This document shows, piece by piece, positions 28,757-38,698 of a stretch of DNA of 64,000 nt (position 1 is its first letter; each line of letters opens with the position of its first letter). This DNA is from Candidatus Bathyarchaeota archaeon (GTDB taxonomy: Archaea; Thermoproteota; Bathyarchaeia; Bathyarchaeales; Bathycorpusculaceae). The translations under genes and the position numbers were made by a program. The DNA is taken from the NCBI GenBank assembly GCA_963828195.1, contig CAWHDT010000002.1, positions 14,391 to 78,390 of the forward strand, given 5' to 3'. Under the pieces are notes generated by a model, which had not been told where the DNA came from, searched no databases, and saw only the letters and a program-made list of their open reading frames with translations.

Positions 28757-28856
28757 TTTGACTTTAAGCACTTGAATAGGATGTTTGTCCCTGCAGGGTC
28801 TTCTTAGGAGTTGTGTAGGCATGATTGATTCTTAAATACTTCAAGTATAGTAGGTT

Positions 28857-29720
28857 TTGTTCATGGGATATCAGCCGCGGTCTAAATCGCCTCGTGGTTC
28901 TGGTCGAGGGTCAATAAAGTCGCCGTATGATAGGGTCAAGGGTAGAGGAAGAAAGCGGAGACCTGCGGACGATTCAAAGGTGGAGGAGAAGCAGGTTGCT
29001 TCAGCGAAAGAGGTTTCGGAGAAAACCATCACGAGGCTTCGTGTTTTGGGCAACCAACGATTCGGTTCTTCCCCGTTTAGAACTCATTTTGAACGTTGGA
29101 TGGTGAACCTGAAAGATGTGCTAGGCGAGTTTGAATCGAACCCAAACATTTCTTCAGATGAGCAGTTCGTGGAGGAACGGTCGCAGATAATCTCGACTGT
29201 TGAGGTTGAACTTGAGCAGCGGCGCCGCGAGGAAACTATCCTTGAAGAAGCATATGACAGGCTTTCCAACAGCAAAATTCTTCTGAGAAAGATTAAGCAG
29301 GAATACGATGCTGGGGCAAGCAAGATTTTAGGGCGCAAAAAAAGTGAAATCAGAAGGCTGTACAAAAATGTTGATGACCTCAAAGAGGAACTGGACTATA
29401 TTGTACGTATGAGAACGGGTCTGTTCAGGGGAATCTCTAAGAAAGAAAGAGAGCAGAAGGAAACGGTGGCAATGCAGAAGCTTAACGATAAGCAAAGAGA
29501 GCTTGAGTTAGCCATGTTGGATTTGACCGAGACGAAAGAAAGGCTTCGAGACGCTTACGACGCAAAGAAACAGCCGATAATGGATCAGATACGGGATAGC
29601 CAGCGTAAAATTGCGAGCCTTGAGACCGATGGTTCTTTGGAGCAAAGATGGTTTGCCTGCGAAGCCCTCGTGGACGCGGTAAACACGCTTCTCGAAAGAA
29701 AAACGCTTAAGCTTCCTTGA
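28857..29720 (+). CDS. Hypothetical coiled-coil protein with basic N-terminus
   Basis: 287-aa charged helical ORF. Confidence 0.7.
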   Translation: MFMGYQPRSKSPRGSGRGSIKSPYDRVKGRGRKRRPADDSKVEEKQVASAKEVSEKTITRLRVLGNQRFGSSPFRTHFERWMVNLKDVLGEFESNPNISSDEQFVEERSQIISTVEVELEQRRREETILEEAYDRLSNSKILLRKIKQEYDAGASKILGRKKSEIRRLYKNVDDLKEELDYIVRMRTGLFRGISKKEREQKETVAMQKLNDKQRELELAMLDLTETKERLRDAYDAKKQPIMDQIRDSQRKIASLETDGSLEQRWFACEALVDAVNTLLERKTLKLP

Positions 29721-29747
29721 GCATTTTTACAACACGTTTGGGCAACT

Positions 29748-32045
29748 TTACTTGGTTTCTTCAGGTTGCAATGGTTCTTTTTGTTCGCCCAAATTGGTCC
29801 GGTTAATTGGCTCCGCGTTTGCTTGCGGTTTTTTCCTTCTCCGTTTCTGATAAGAGTAGCCCACGGCGGAAACGGCGGCTGCCACTGCAACCGCTGAGAC
29901 GGTTAACGGCAACGCTAGGCTGGTTTTTGAAGTAACTTGGTAGGGACGCATCATCTCGTTGTCCTCGTGCTCGAGAAGGTGGCAGTGCCACACGTATCCT
30001 GGTCCAGCGGTTGCGTCGAACGGAAAACCAGTGCCATCTTGCTGTGCAAAGCGGACGCGGAGGGTTACGACTTCGCTGGAGTTCACTAGGATCGTGTCTT
30101 TCCAGCCTTGCTCGTACGGTTGAGGGGGTATAACCAAATTTGAGAGATAATGGCTGAGGTCCGGGACATTTACTGTTGGGTGAGTAAGCGGAGGTTCCCC
30201 GTTTAGCGCAATCCAGTCTTCCATGTATGCTGTCGGGTCGAACGCTTCTCTTTGAACCAGTTGGAATTGAATGAGGTGCAGATGGATTGGATGCTGATCC
30301 ATCGTTGGGTTGACAATTATCCAGTCTTCGGTTGCTCCCACTTCAGGTTTTTCGGAGATGGGGGCGCTCCAGTTTTGCCCATCAAGTAGCGCTTCTTCCA
30401 TTATGCTGTTTTGATTCGTGACTTCGAACAGGGTGAGAATTCTTTGTTTTGTTGCTGTTGGCAAGGTGGGAAAACTGCCGACTGGAAGCGTCGGGTTAAA
30501 AGGGGTCGGGGCCTGAGCAAGACTGAAAGGCGTGGTTCCTGTTTGGCTGGTAGCGGTGAATTGGATTATTTGACCCACCGTTTGTGTTTCCTCGGCGGTG
30601 TTTGATGTTAAAGCGCTGTTTTGAAGAATTACTGTTTTCCCTGGAGACAGATTAGAGAAGTCCACTATGATGTCGGCGCGTTCTGCAGGGGCCAGAAGCA
30701 GGGAAGTTAATGTGATTGGCGCTTGGAGGTAGCCGCCGTCGCTTCCTATCTGGATGAAAGACATTCCGTTTGAGAATTTGATTTCATAAAACCTGGTGTT
30801 TGACCCGTTCAAGATTCTAAATCGATATTGCCCCATGTCAACGTTCATGTTAGGCCAGACTTTGCCGTTGACCATGATGGCGTTGCCTAAGAAACTGTTG
30901 ACCCAGTAGGGATGGACAACAGTGTCGGCGCCGACATACGGATAGTTGATTGAGCCGTCGGTGTTGAATGTTCGGTCTTGAATCACAAGCGGCATCTCGT
31001 ATTTTCCAGTCGGTAGCAGAGGCGCAACTTTGTCGCTTCCATTAGTTTCCCTTATGAGGTAGAAACCGGCGAGCCCTGACATTACATTGAGGCGAGTAAC
31101 TCCTAAGGCGTGGTCGTGGTACCAAAGCGTTGTGGGTTGCTGCGTATTAGGGTAATAGTAGACTGAGGCGTTTGAATCAGCCTTGATGTAGGTGCTGTAT
31201 GCGGGACCATGCTGCCCGCTTGATGTAAACCACCCTTCTGGGCCTCCATCGTAGAAGGATTGGTTTTGGCCGCCGTGAAGATGAGTGACAAGAGGCACAG
31301 GACTCTGTACGCCAGAAAAACCTGGCGGATACGCCGGAAAGGGCGTTGTGAACCCTGAATAATTGCTTGGGTTAGCCCAGTGAATGGTAGGGTTGACTGC
31401 AAACAGATAAGGCGAGGAAATGTTGTTTTGCCACTCCACTTGGATGGGGATGCCTCTTGTGGCTTCAAACGTGGGGCCGGGGCTGCTTTGAACAAGGCCT
31501 AAGGATGCCCCTGTCAACGCATCATTTGCTTCGCCGCCGTATCCCCAAACTGCGGTGGGCAGATTCATCGAGGGCGGGAGAATTTGCTGTGTGAAACTGG
31601 CCATTGCAACCGTGTATTCTTGTCGAATTACCTTGCCCTGGCTGGTCACCGCTTTGGGTGCATACACGGGCGGAGGAGCAGTCAACTGGTTTTCAAACAA
31701 GGGGATACTTGTCGGATCTAAAAGGGCTAGCGTGGACAACTCAAGAGGCTCAACCAACCCCATTTCCACATTTCCATTTGATTTTAAAAGAATTTGACCT
31801 GCGGCTTTCGGCATCAGGTTCAGGGATTTTAATGGGTCTTCAAGAAAAATTGTGGCTAAGCCTCCGCCCGCCATCATGGCTGAGAGCTTCAGGAATTCTC
31901 TTCGATCAAATTCATGGCGGACAACTTTCGCCTCAACGTTATTAACAGCCGAAGGAGAAGGCAGATTATGCTCAGGTCTAAGATCTGCAGATTTGCCGCT
32001 CTTTTCTTTTTGATGCTGACCTCTAAAATTCTTCAGCTTACCCAT
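29748..32045 (-). CDS. Multicopper oxidase (CotA/bilirubin-oxidase-like), Tat-exported and C-terminally anchored
   Basis: FDRREFLK Tat motif; HLHGG, WYHDH, HPIHLH, HCHLLEHEDNEMM; C-terminal TM followed by KRRRKK. Confidence 0.93.
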   Translation of the reverse strand: MGKLKNFRGQHQKEKSGKSADLRPEHNLPSPSAVNNVEAKVVRHEFDRREFLKLSAMMAGGGLATIFLEDPLKSLNLMPKAAGQILLKSNGNVEMGLVEPLELSTLALLDPTSIPLFENQLTAPPPVYAPKAVTSQGKVIRQEYTVAMASFTQQILPPSMNLPTAVWGYGGEANDALTGASLGLVQSSPGPTFEATRGIPIQVEWQNNISSPYLFAVNPTIHWANPSNYSGFTTPFPAYPPGFSGVQSPVPLVTHLHGGQNQSFYDGGPEGWFTSSGQHGPAYSTYIKADSNASVYYYPNTQQPTTLWYHDHALGVTRLNVMSGLAGFYLIRETNGSDKVAPLLPTGKYEMPLVIQDRTFNTDGSINYPYVGADTVVHPYWVNSFLGNAIMVNGKVWPNMNVDMGQYRFRILNGSNTRFYEIKFSNGMSFIQIGSDGGYLQAPITLTSLLLAPAERADIIVDFSNLSPGKTVILQNSALTSNTAEETQTVGQIIQFTATSQTGTTPFSLAQAPTPFNPTLPVGSFPTLPTATKQRILTLFEVTNQNSIMEEALLDGQNWSAPISEKPEVGATEDWIIVNPTMDQHPIHLHLIQFQLVQREAFDPTAYMEDWIALNGEPPLTHPTVNVPDLSHYLSNLVIPPQPYEQGWKDTILVNSSEVVTLRVRFAQQDGTGFPFDATAGPGYVWHCHLLEHEDNEMMRPYQVTSKTSLALPLTVSAVAVAAAVSAVGYSYQKRRRKKPQANAEPINRTNLGEQKEPLQPEETK

Positions 32046-32267
32046 AATCTCAACCGATTGAGCGCTTCAATTAGCTATGGCTCTCAAATCTGCTAAAACA
32101 GATTTTGCTTCTTAAAAGTATGTGACTGCATCGCCACACCAACAATCACCATCTTATTCGGACGCCACCCTGTTTCCCAGTGATTAATGCAAATAAGAAT
32201 GTTGGAGTAAGTTAACAGTAAAACCGAAAGAATAGCGAAATAGAGTGTAAAGACACTGGCTACTTGC

Positions 32268-32774
32268 TTATTTGCTTTTTTTGTCTCCAGGTTCTTGGAA
32301 TAGCTTCTTTATTGCGCTTATTCTTGCTTTCTGCGCCAGCGTATCGCTTGTTACCAGTGTTAATGCTTCTTCAGGGCACCATTTGATGCATTGTGGTCCA
32401 TCAGCTTTGTCTTTGCATAGGTCGCAGACGTAAACTACTTTGGTTTCAGGATGCAGCATTATGGCGCCGTAGTCGCATGCTTCGATGCACCAGCCGCAGC
32501 CGTTGCATTTGTCCGGATCTATAGTTATTGTTCCCGTTTCTTCGTTTTGAGTAAGTGCTTCTCTTGGGCAAGCCGCTACACATGCTGGTTCTTCGCAGAG
32601 TCGGCAAGTGACTGACATGTTGGCTAACTGGTTAACCCGCACGACACGAATGCGTGACTTAAGGGGGTTGAAGGCTTTCTCCTTAGTGAAAGAGCAAGCG
32701 TACTCGCACACTTGGCAGCCGACGCATTTTTCCGGGTCAACGGAAACAAATTTTCTGTCATGAATCTTTACCAT
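32268..32774 (-). CDS. Multi-[4Fe-4S] electron-transfer subunit
   Basis: CVGCQVCEYAC, CRLCEEPACVAACP, CNGCGWCIEAC, CDLC. Confidence 0.93.
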   Translation of the reverse strand: MVKIHDRKFVSVDPEKCVGCQVCEYACSFTKEKAFNPLKSRIRVVRVNQLANMSVTCRLCEEPACVAACPREALTQNEETGTITIDPDKCNGCGWCIEACDYGAIMLHPETKVVYVCDLCKDKADGPQCIKWCPEEALTLVTSDTLAQKARISAIKKLFQEPGDKKSK

Positions 32775-32777
32775 TTT

Positions 32778-34635
32778 TTATGCCTCTTTCCCCACTATCA
32801 TGCTGGATAAGTCGTCCATACCCAACTTTTCTAGTTGAGACTTTGTTGGCACTCCGTCGGCTGTCCAACCGCGTGATTGGTAATAGTCATCCAGCAACAA
32901 ATCAAGCTCCTCTTGAGTTACAACTGCTCCTTTTACTGGTCCATCGTCGGGGATGGGATGGTTCATAACTTTCCAAGGCAACGTATCGTCTTTGCGGCTT
33001 AATCCTTCTCTAACATTGATTAGGCGGGCAAGGGTGTTTATTCTCTGGCCCGCAAGACTGAGTTCTTCAGGGGTCATTTCGTACCCAGTTACTAAAGTGT
33101 AGAGCTTAGCCATGTCCGCTAGTTCCTTGTACAGTGTGCCTTTTGCGTTTTTGCAGATGATGAGCGAATCAAGTAACGCGTAAACGTCTTCGGCGTCTTT
33201 GACAAGTTTCCCGCGGCCTTTTTCGGCTTTCAAACGGTCAACTTTACCTGTCAGGTCAAAGGTGTAAGCGCCGCTTCGGTTGTGGTCTGCGCCTCGGAAG
33301 GACACAGCAAAACTTAAAGCGGCGGTTTTTAAGCAACGCAAATCGTAGCCTGTAACTTCTAAGCCCTTAATGTTTTGAGCTAGCTTATCCGAGCCTTTAC
33401 CGATTTTAGCCGCGGCTGCTTTTACGCCGTCAGCTAGAACATCACCGATTCCTTCCCGTTTGCCAATTTTCTCTATTAGTTGCAGCAGCGCTTCTGCGTT
33501 GCCAAAGTGCGCGTCAATTCCGCCGAGCTCTTCATGCGTGAGGATTCCGGTTTCATGGCAATCCATGACGAAACTGACGGTCACACCGGTGCTTTGAGCG
33601 TCAAGGCCAAAGTAGTTGCAGAGTTCAGCAGCTTTTATTATTGCGTCAAGCCTATCTACGCCGCAGTTTGGTCCAAGCGCCCACACATTATCATATTCCA
33701 TCCGCGCCATAGTCCCCTTGTAGGGTCCATCTCGAACCACAGCTTCATGTTCGCACCGCATAGCGCATGAGTTGCATGCGATTATTTTTGCGATGTACCG
33801 CTCGTTTAGGGTTTCGCCGCTTACTCTTTCGGCGGTTTCGAAATGAGCGTTGTTATAGTTGCGTGTAGGCATGCAGAACATGGCGTTTTGAACCATGATG
33901 TTTTCTGTTGTACCTAAAGTTCGATATTTCTGAGCTGCTGGTCCCTTCATTCTTTCATGGAATTCTTTTACCATTTCTATGAATTCCTCTGGCTTGGCGA
34001 CAACTATGTCGCGGGTTCCTCTGACAGCGATTGCTTTGAGGTTCTTTGAGCCCATAACTGCGCCTAAACCTGTTCTTCCCGCAGCACGGGTTTTCTCGTT
34101 AATTATGTTTGCTATTTTTGATAGCTTTTCACCAGCTAAACCTATAGATGCAACCCGCACGTAGTAATCCCCAATCTCATCTTTAATAGCGTCTTCTGTT
34201 TCAGATGGCGATTTGCCCCAAATTTGTTCAGCATCAAGCAACTGGACTGAATCATCATCAATCCATAAGTAAACAGGTTTTTCGGCTTTTCCAGTTAAAA
34301 TAACAGCGTCGTATCCTGCTCTTTTTATTTCTGCGCCAAAAGTGCCGTGGCTTACTGCTTCCCCGACGCCGTTGGTTGCCGGCGATTTTGAAATAAAAGC
34401 GTGACCGTTTCCAGCTGTTGGAAACATCGTTCCTGAAATTGGACCGACCGCTAAAACCAGCGGATTCTCCGGGTTAAATGCGTCTACGCCTGCTTTTGAA
34501 TTGGCTAGCCAAAGTTTCATGCCTAAGCCTATGCCGCCTATGTATTTTTTGGCGGTTTCCCTCATCTAGTTTTTCTAGGCGAGTTTTGCCTGTGGACAAA
34601 TCAACGCGTAAAACTCTTCCTGCGTAACCGAGCAA
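32778..34635 (-). CDS. aor: Tungsten aldehyde:ferredoxin oxidoreductase family enzyme; one-base frameshift near 34560
   Basis: RAAGRTGLGAVMGSKNLKAI, CNSCAMRC, DYYQSRGW. The conserved N-terminus LGYAGRVLRVDLSTG (TTG at 34635 after GGAGG) is out of frame with the main ORF. Confidence 0.9.
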
Positions 34636-34862
34636 ACCTGTTCCTCCGTTATTTTTAGAGTATTAGTCAGTTGAAAAGTATATTAACTTAATGGGTTTCT
34701 AATTTGGAAATTCACGGCTAAAACGGAGTCTTCTGCGACCCGTCATGCATAAACAGTCATAACGGTTTTTCTATGATATAGCAGGTTGAAGTTCAGTTTG
34801 ATAGAGAAAAAACATATCAGACGCTACCGTTAATCTTTCCTAGAGCCGGGCAAGGTAGAATC

Positions 34863-35150
34863 ATGAAGATAAAAGTCCACTACATCAGTCTAGTTAAAAG
34901 TTTTACAAAAACAAGTCAAGACGAATTCGACCTCAAAGAAAGCGCAGATCTGGCGGACCTTTTAGAAAAAATCGCCGAGAAACATGGAAAGCCATTCACT
35001 CAAGAAGTCTATGACCAAGACAAGAAAGAAATGAAACCCACCTTTGTAGCAATGGTTAACGGCGTCTTAATGGACCAACTGAAAGGCGTTAACACATCGC
35101 TGAAAGACGGCGACAACATAATTCTTATGTCGCTTGTGACAGGCGGCTAA
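34863..35150 (+). CDS. MoaD/ThiS/SAMP-like sulfur carrier
   Basis: VNG...LKDGD...VTGG C-terminal diglycine; divergent from aor. Confidence 0.9.
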   Translation: MKIKVHYISLVKSFTKTSQDEFDLKESADLADLLEKIAEKHGKPFTQEVYDQDKKEMKPTFVAMVNGVLMDQLKGVNTSLKDGDNIILMSLVTGG

Positions 35151-35154
35151 AAAA

Positions 35155-35793
35155 TTGTTTTCTGCCGCTAAAAACGAAAAACCAAAAACCGTTTACTGGC
35201 TAGACAATAAGCTTTACCTAAACATAACTAACAAGTGCTCAAACGCCTGTTTTTTCTGTCTCAAAAATTTTAAGCGAGGAGTCGATGGCTTCAACCTTAA
35301 ATTACCAGCAGAACCAAACCTTGCTCAGATCACAGGTGAGCTTGGCGGCGTTTTAAACATGAGAGGTTGGGATGAAGCGATTTTTTGTGGTTTCGGCGAG
35401 CCGACAGAGAGGTTGGATGTTTTGTTGGAAATCACGCGGTGGATACGGCAGAATTATGGCAGGCCACTGAAAATCCGCGTTAACACGAACGGGCACGGCT
35501 ACGTTCTTAATCACGGTAGGGACGTGGCGGCGGAGTTGAAGAAGGCTGGCGTGGACAAGGTAAGCGTCAGCTTAAACGCTGGAGATAGAGAAACCTACAT
35601 GGAGATTTGCAAGCCAACTTTTGCTGATGCATACGAGGCAGTGATTGATTTCATACGAAAGACCAAGCCTGTGCTCCAAGTTGAGGTTACGGCTATAAGA
35701 ATGCCAGAAGTAGACATGGTAAAAGCTCAGGCTGCCGCTGACTCATCAGGTGTCAAGTTTAGAATTAGGGATTATATTCCATGTTTTTATTGA
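35155..35793 (+). CDS. TatD-associated-type radical SAM protein
   Basis: LYLNITNKCSNACFFC, FCGFGEPT, NTNGHG, SVSLNA. Confidence 0.88.
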   Translation: MFSAAKNEKPKTVYWLDNKLYLNITNKCSNACFFCLKNFKRGVDGFNLKLPAEPNLAQITGELGGVLNMRGWDEAIFCGFGEPTERLDVLLEITRWIRQNYGRPLKIRVNTNGHGYVLNHGRDVAAELKKAGVDKVSVSLNAGDRETYMEICKPTFADAYEAVIDFIRKTKPVLQVEVTAIRMPEVDMVKAQAAADSSGVKFRIRDYIPCFY

Positions 35794-36095
35794 ATGCGTA
35801 TGCTGGGCAACCTATGGTTTTAAACGCTTAAGTCACAGATACAAAAACCCGTTCGCAATTGACATTTCAGATGGAAACCTTTCAACGCGAGGTCCACCCC
35901 CTTGCGTTCGAAGTGCAGTTCCCCAGAAGTTGAAATACAATCTTTCTTGGGGTTGCAAACGATGCGTTCTCAGTCGCTTATTGTTGAGTTGATTACAAGG
36001 ATTAGCCGATTAAGCGTTTGTTTGCCGAAAAAAAGATTGTTTATGTTAAAACATTACGGGAATTTCATAAACCTTTTAATATAACTTGCTAAGGT

Positions 36096-36722
36096 ATGCG
36101 TAGAGAAAAGTATATGTCAAATAAAAATAAATTAAAAAAACTACCCCGCTCATTAATTATTAAAGGTCTCATTTGCTTAATCTGCTTAGCCTCTGTAAGC
36201 TTTGCTTTATTAACCTACGCCAACGCGTTGACATTATCGCCGACTACACAGTTTAACGCAGGCACGTCAACTGCCTCATGGATCATTTATGTAAATGAAG
36301 TCAACCAAGCACGATACATGCCAGGCGGATTCTCTGAGCCTACATTGAACACAGGAGATACAAGCACCTATGCCTTCAAAGTTGTAACAAATGCAAATAA
36401 TGTCTGCGCAGTAAAGGTGGAACTCACATCAGCAATGGATGAAACTGAATTTCCAAATTTTGAAGTAACAATCCTCTCGTCAACAGGTCAGGGGGGCTGG
36501 AGTACTGAGCCACTTTATGCCTCCTCAACAGGCGGAACCACTAAAGCGTTTATTAACGGATTGATACAAGGTGACGCTGCCTACATTCATCAAGGTGTTT
36601 CAACTACAAAGTACTATTTGATCCAAGTAACTTACACTTATGTTCCATCGGCTGATAACAGCCAGACCCATATACCTGCAAGCTTCATGTTCACTCCATT
36701 TACGCAGGCAAGTTTCGCTTAG
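36096..36722 (+). CDS. Exported beta-rich protein, paralog of 36820-37404
   Basis: Basic then hydrophobic N-terminus; shares SEPT.N..DTSTYAF.V.T with the neighbour. Confidence 0.75.
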   Translation: MRREKYMSNKNKLKKLPRSLIIKGLICLICLASVSFALLTYANALTLSPTTQFNAGTSTASWIIYVNEVNQARYMPGGFSEPTLNTGDTSTYAFKVVTNANNVCAVKVELTSAMDETEFPNFEVTILSSTGQGGWSTEPLYASSTGGTTKAFINGLIQGDAAYIHQGVSTTKYYLIQVTYTYVPSADNSQTHIPASFMFTPFTQASFA

Positions 36723-36819
36723 CTTAGCTCTAAAAATTTTTAAAAATGTAATACAACTGATAAATAGAATAAGTCTCCAAAAAAAAGAATGGGGAAAAAT
36801 AGAGTTTAGACTGGCGAAT

Positions 36820-37404
36820 TTAGGATGGCGTTTCCGGGTGTGGCGTGTACTGCATGTTTATCGAGTAGGTGCCTGGAGTACCTGTTGGGGTGTACGTGTA
36901 AGCAATCGCTACAAGATAGTATGTGTTTGGGGTTGAAATTGGCTGCTGAATATATCCCGAGGCGCCAGACATTGTGCCGTCAATGTATGATAATGGCGTG
37001 GATCCCGTGGCTGTAGTGTAAAGCGTAGCTAAAGACCATGCTGAACCTGTCCAGGAGTAAACCGTTATTTGAAAACTGCTAAAGTCGGAGGACACTGATG
37101 CTGCTAAGTTGATTTCTACAGAACATGCTTCGTTGGAATCGGTGGTTACGTTAAAAGCATATGTGCTGGTGTCATCTGGGTTGAAGGTTGGTTCCGAGGC
37201 TGTTCCTGGTACATATTGGGTCGCCATCTCGTTGGGATAGACTGTCCATGAAGATGAGGTTGTTCCTTGACTCAACTGCTGAACTCCTGTGATCGAAATG
37301 GTTGTCGTGTAGTAAGCTAACTCGTATGCGACTGCGACTCCTATCATGACAGCGGTTAAAATTATGGCAGCCAGAAGGTAGCGTTTTTTAAGCTTTTTAT
37401 TCAC
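36820..37404 (-). CDS. Exported beta-rich protein, paralog of 36096-36722
   Basis: KKLKKR followed by a hydrophobic segment; SD GGTGAT before TTG/GTG; shared motif as above. Confidence 0.75.
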   Translation of the reverse strand: MNKKLKKRYLLAAIILTAVMIGVAVAYELAYYTTTISITGVQQLSQGTTSSSWTVYPNEMATQYVPGTASEPTFNPDDTSTYAFNVTTDSNEACSVEINLAASVSSDFSSFQITVYSWTGSAWSLATLYTTATGSTPLSYIDGTMSGASGYIQQPISTPNTYYLVAIAYTYTPTGTPGTYSINMQYTPHPETPS

Positions 37405-37635
37405 CAAAAAATCACCAAAATTACAGTGACTCAGCGTGCAACATAAACGTATGCTGGTGTAATATGACAATCACAAGCATTATTGTGGTTTCCGAGGACG
37501 GGCGGGTTCTTGTTTTGTGCCATGAATCATGAATTGCGCAAATCAGGGCTTATTACAAAAAGCGAGAATTATAAAACATATATTAACTAGTAGTTAACGA
37601 GTTATTTCTTAGTTGTATTTAATGAGGAAACAAAA

Positions 37636-38625
37636 ATGGTTTCTCTTAGAGCTTTAGCCCCGTCGTTAACAAGAATAACGGTTGCGGGAGCAGTAGGCGC
37701 CGCTTTGCATGTTGGTCAAGGCGACTGTGATTTAATCGACGCTGACGCAGTTGAGTATTCAAGAGCAGTCCTCGCACAAATGGACATTGAAGGCGAAGTA
37801 ATCTGCTGCGAAGGACCAAAAGACAATGCACCATCGTTTGCACGCAGAGAAAAAGTCGGTACAGGCGGACCCAAAGTGGAGTTCGTTATTGACCCAGTTG
37901 ACGGAACTACAGCCGCAAGCAAAGGAAGAAAAGACGCAATTTCCGCGTTGGCATGTGCACCTGCTGGATGCTTCCAAGTTTTGCCTGACGACGGCTATTA
38001 CTTCAAAATTGCCACCGACTATCACTCAATGGGCAAAATATCATTAGACATGTCGGTTGAAGAGATTGTACGCAAAGTAGCTCACGAAAAATGTCTGCCT
38101 TTATCCAACTTTACAGTCATAATGTTGGAACGCGATAGACACATTGAAATTCTGAAAACCCTCCGACAACTTGGGGTAAGAATAATTCTTATTCCTGACG
38201 GCGACATTGCAGGTGCAGTCGTTGCATGTACCCCTGATTCAGGTGTTGATTTGCTTATAGGTGCCGGAGCAGGTCCAGAAGCCACCATCGCGGCTACAGC
38301 GGTAAAGATTCTTGGTGGAACAATGCTCGTCAATGTTTGGCGGCAACCCAACGATGCTGCAAGAATGGAGCGTTTAAAAGAAGTTGGAGTTGACATAAAA
38401 AAAACATATGACCAGGAAGAATTGGCAAAGGGCAAAGAACTCGTGTTTGCCGCGTCTGGAGTTACAAAAGGGGAGCTTTTAGATGGCGTACGATTGATTC
38501 CCGAAGGCGCAGTGGTGCATTCCATCTGCATGCGGTTGCCGAGCGGAACAATAGAGAAGTCTGAGACGACGCTGCGTTTTAAGGGACATCCTGTCTACAA
38601 GCAGTTTGCCGCGAGAAAACCCTAA
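37636..38625 (+). CDS. glpX: Class II fructose-1,6-bisphosphatase (GlpX family)
   Basis: EGPKDNAP, IDPVDGT, LERDRH, IPDGDI, FAASGVTKGELLDGV. Confidence 0.88.
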   Translation: MVSLRALAPSLTRITVAGAVGAALHVGQGDCDLIDADAVEYSRAVLAQMDIEGEVICCEGPKDNAPSFARREKVGTGGPKVEFVIDPVDGTTAASKGRKDAISALACAPAGCFQVLPDDGYYFKIATDYHSMGKISLDMSVEEIVRKVAHEKCLPLSNFTVIMLERDRHIEILKTLRQLGVRIILIPDGDIAGAVVACTPDSGVDLLIGAGAGPEATIAATAVKILGGTMLVNVWRQPNDAARMERLKEVGVDIKKTYDQEELAKGKELVFAASGVTKGELLDGVRLIPEGAVVHSICMRLPSGTIEKSETTLRFKGHPVYKQFAARKP

Positions 38626-38698
38626 GCATCAACTTGAGCAAATCTTCAAATCTTTTTTTTCAATTCTAGTCTTACATAAAGATACTCGGTTTTTAAGA

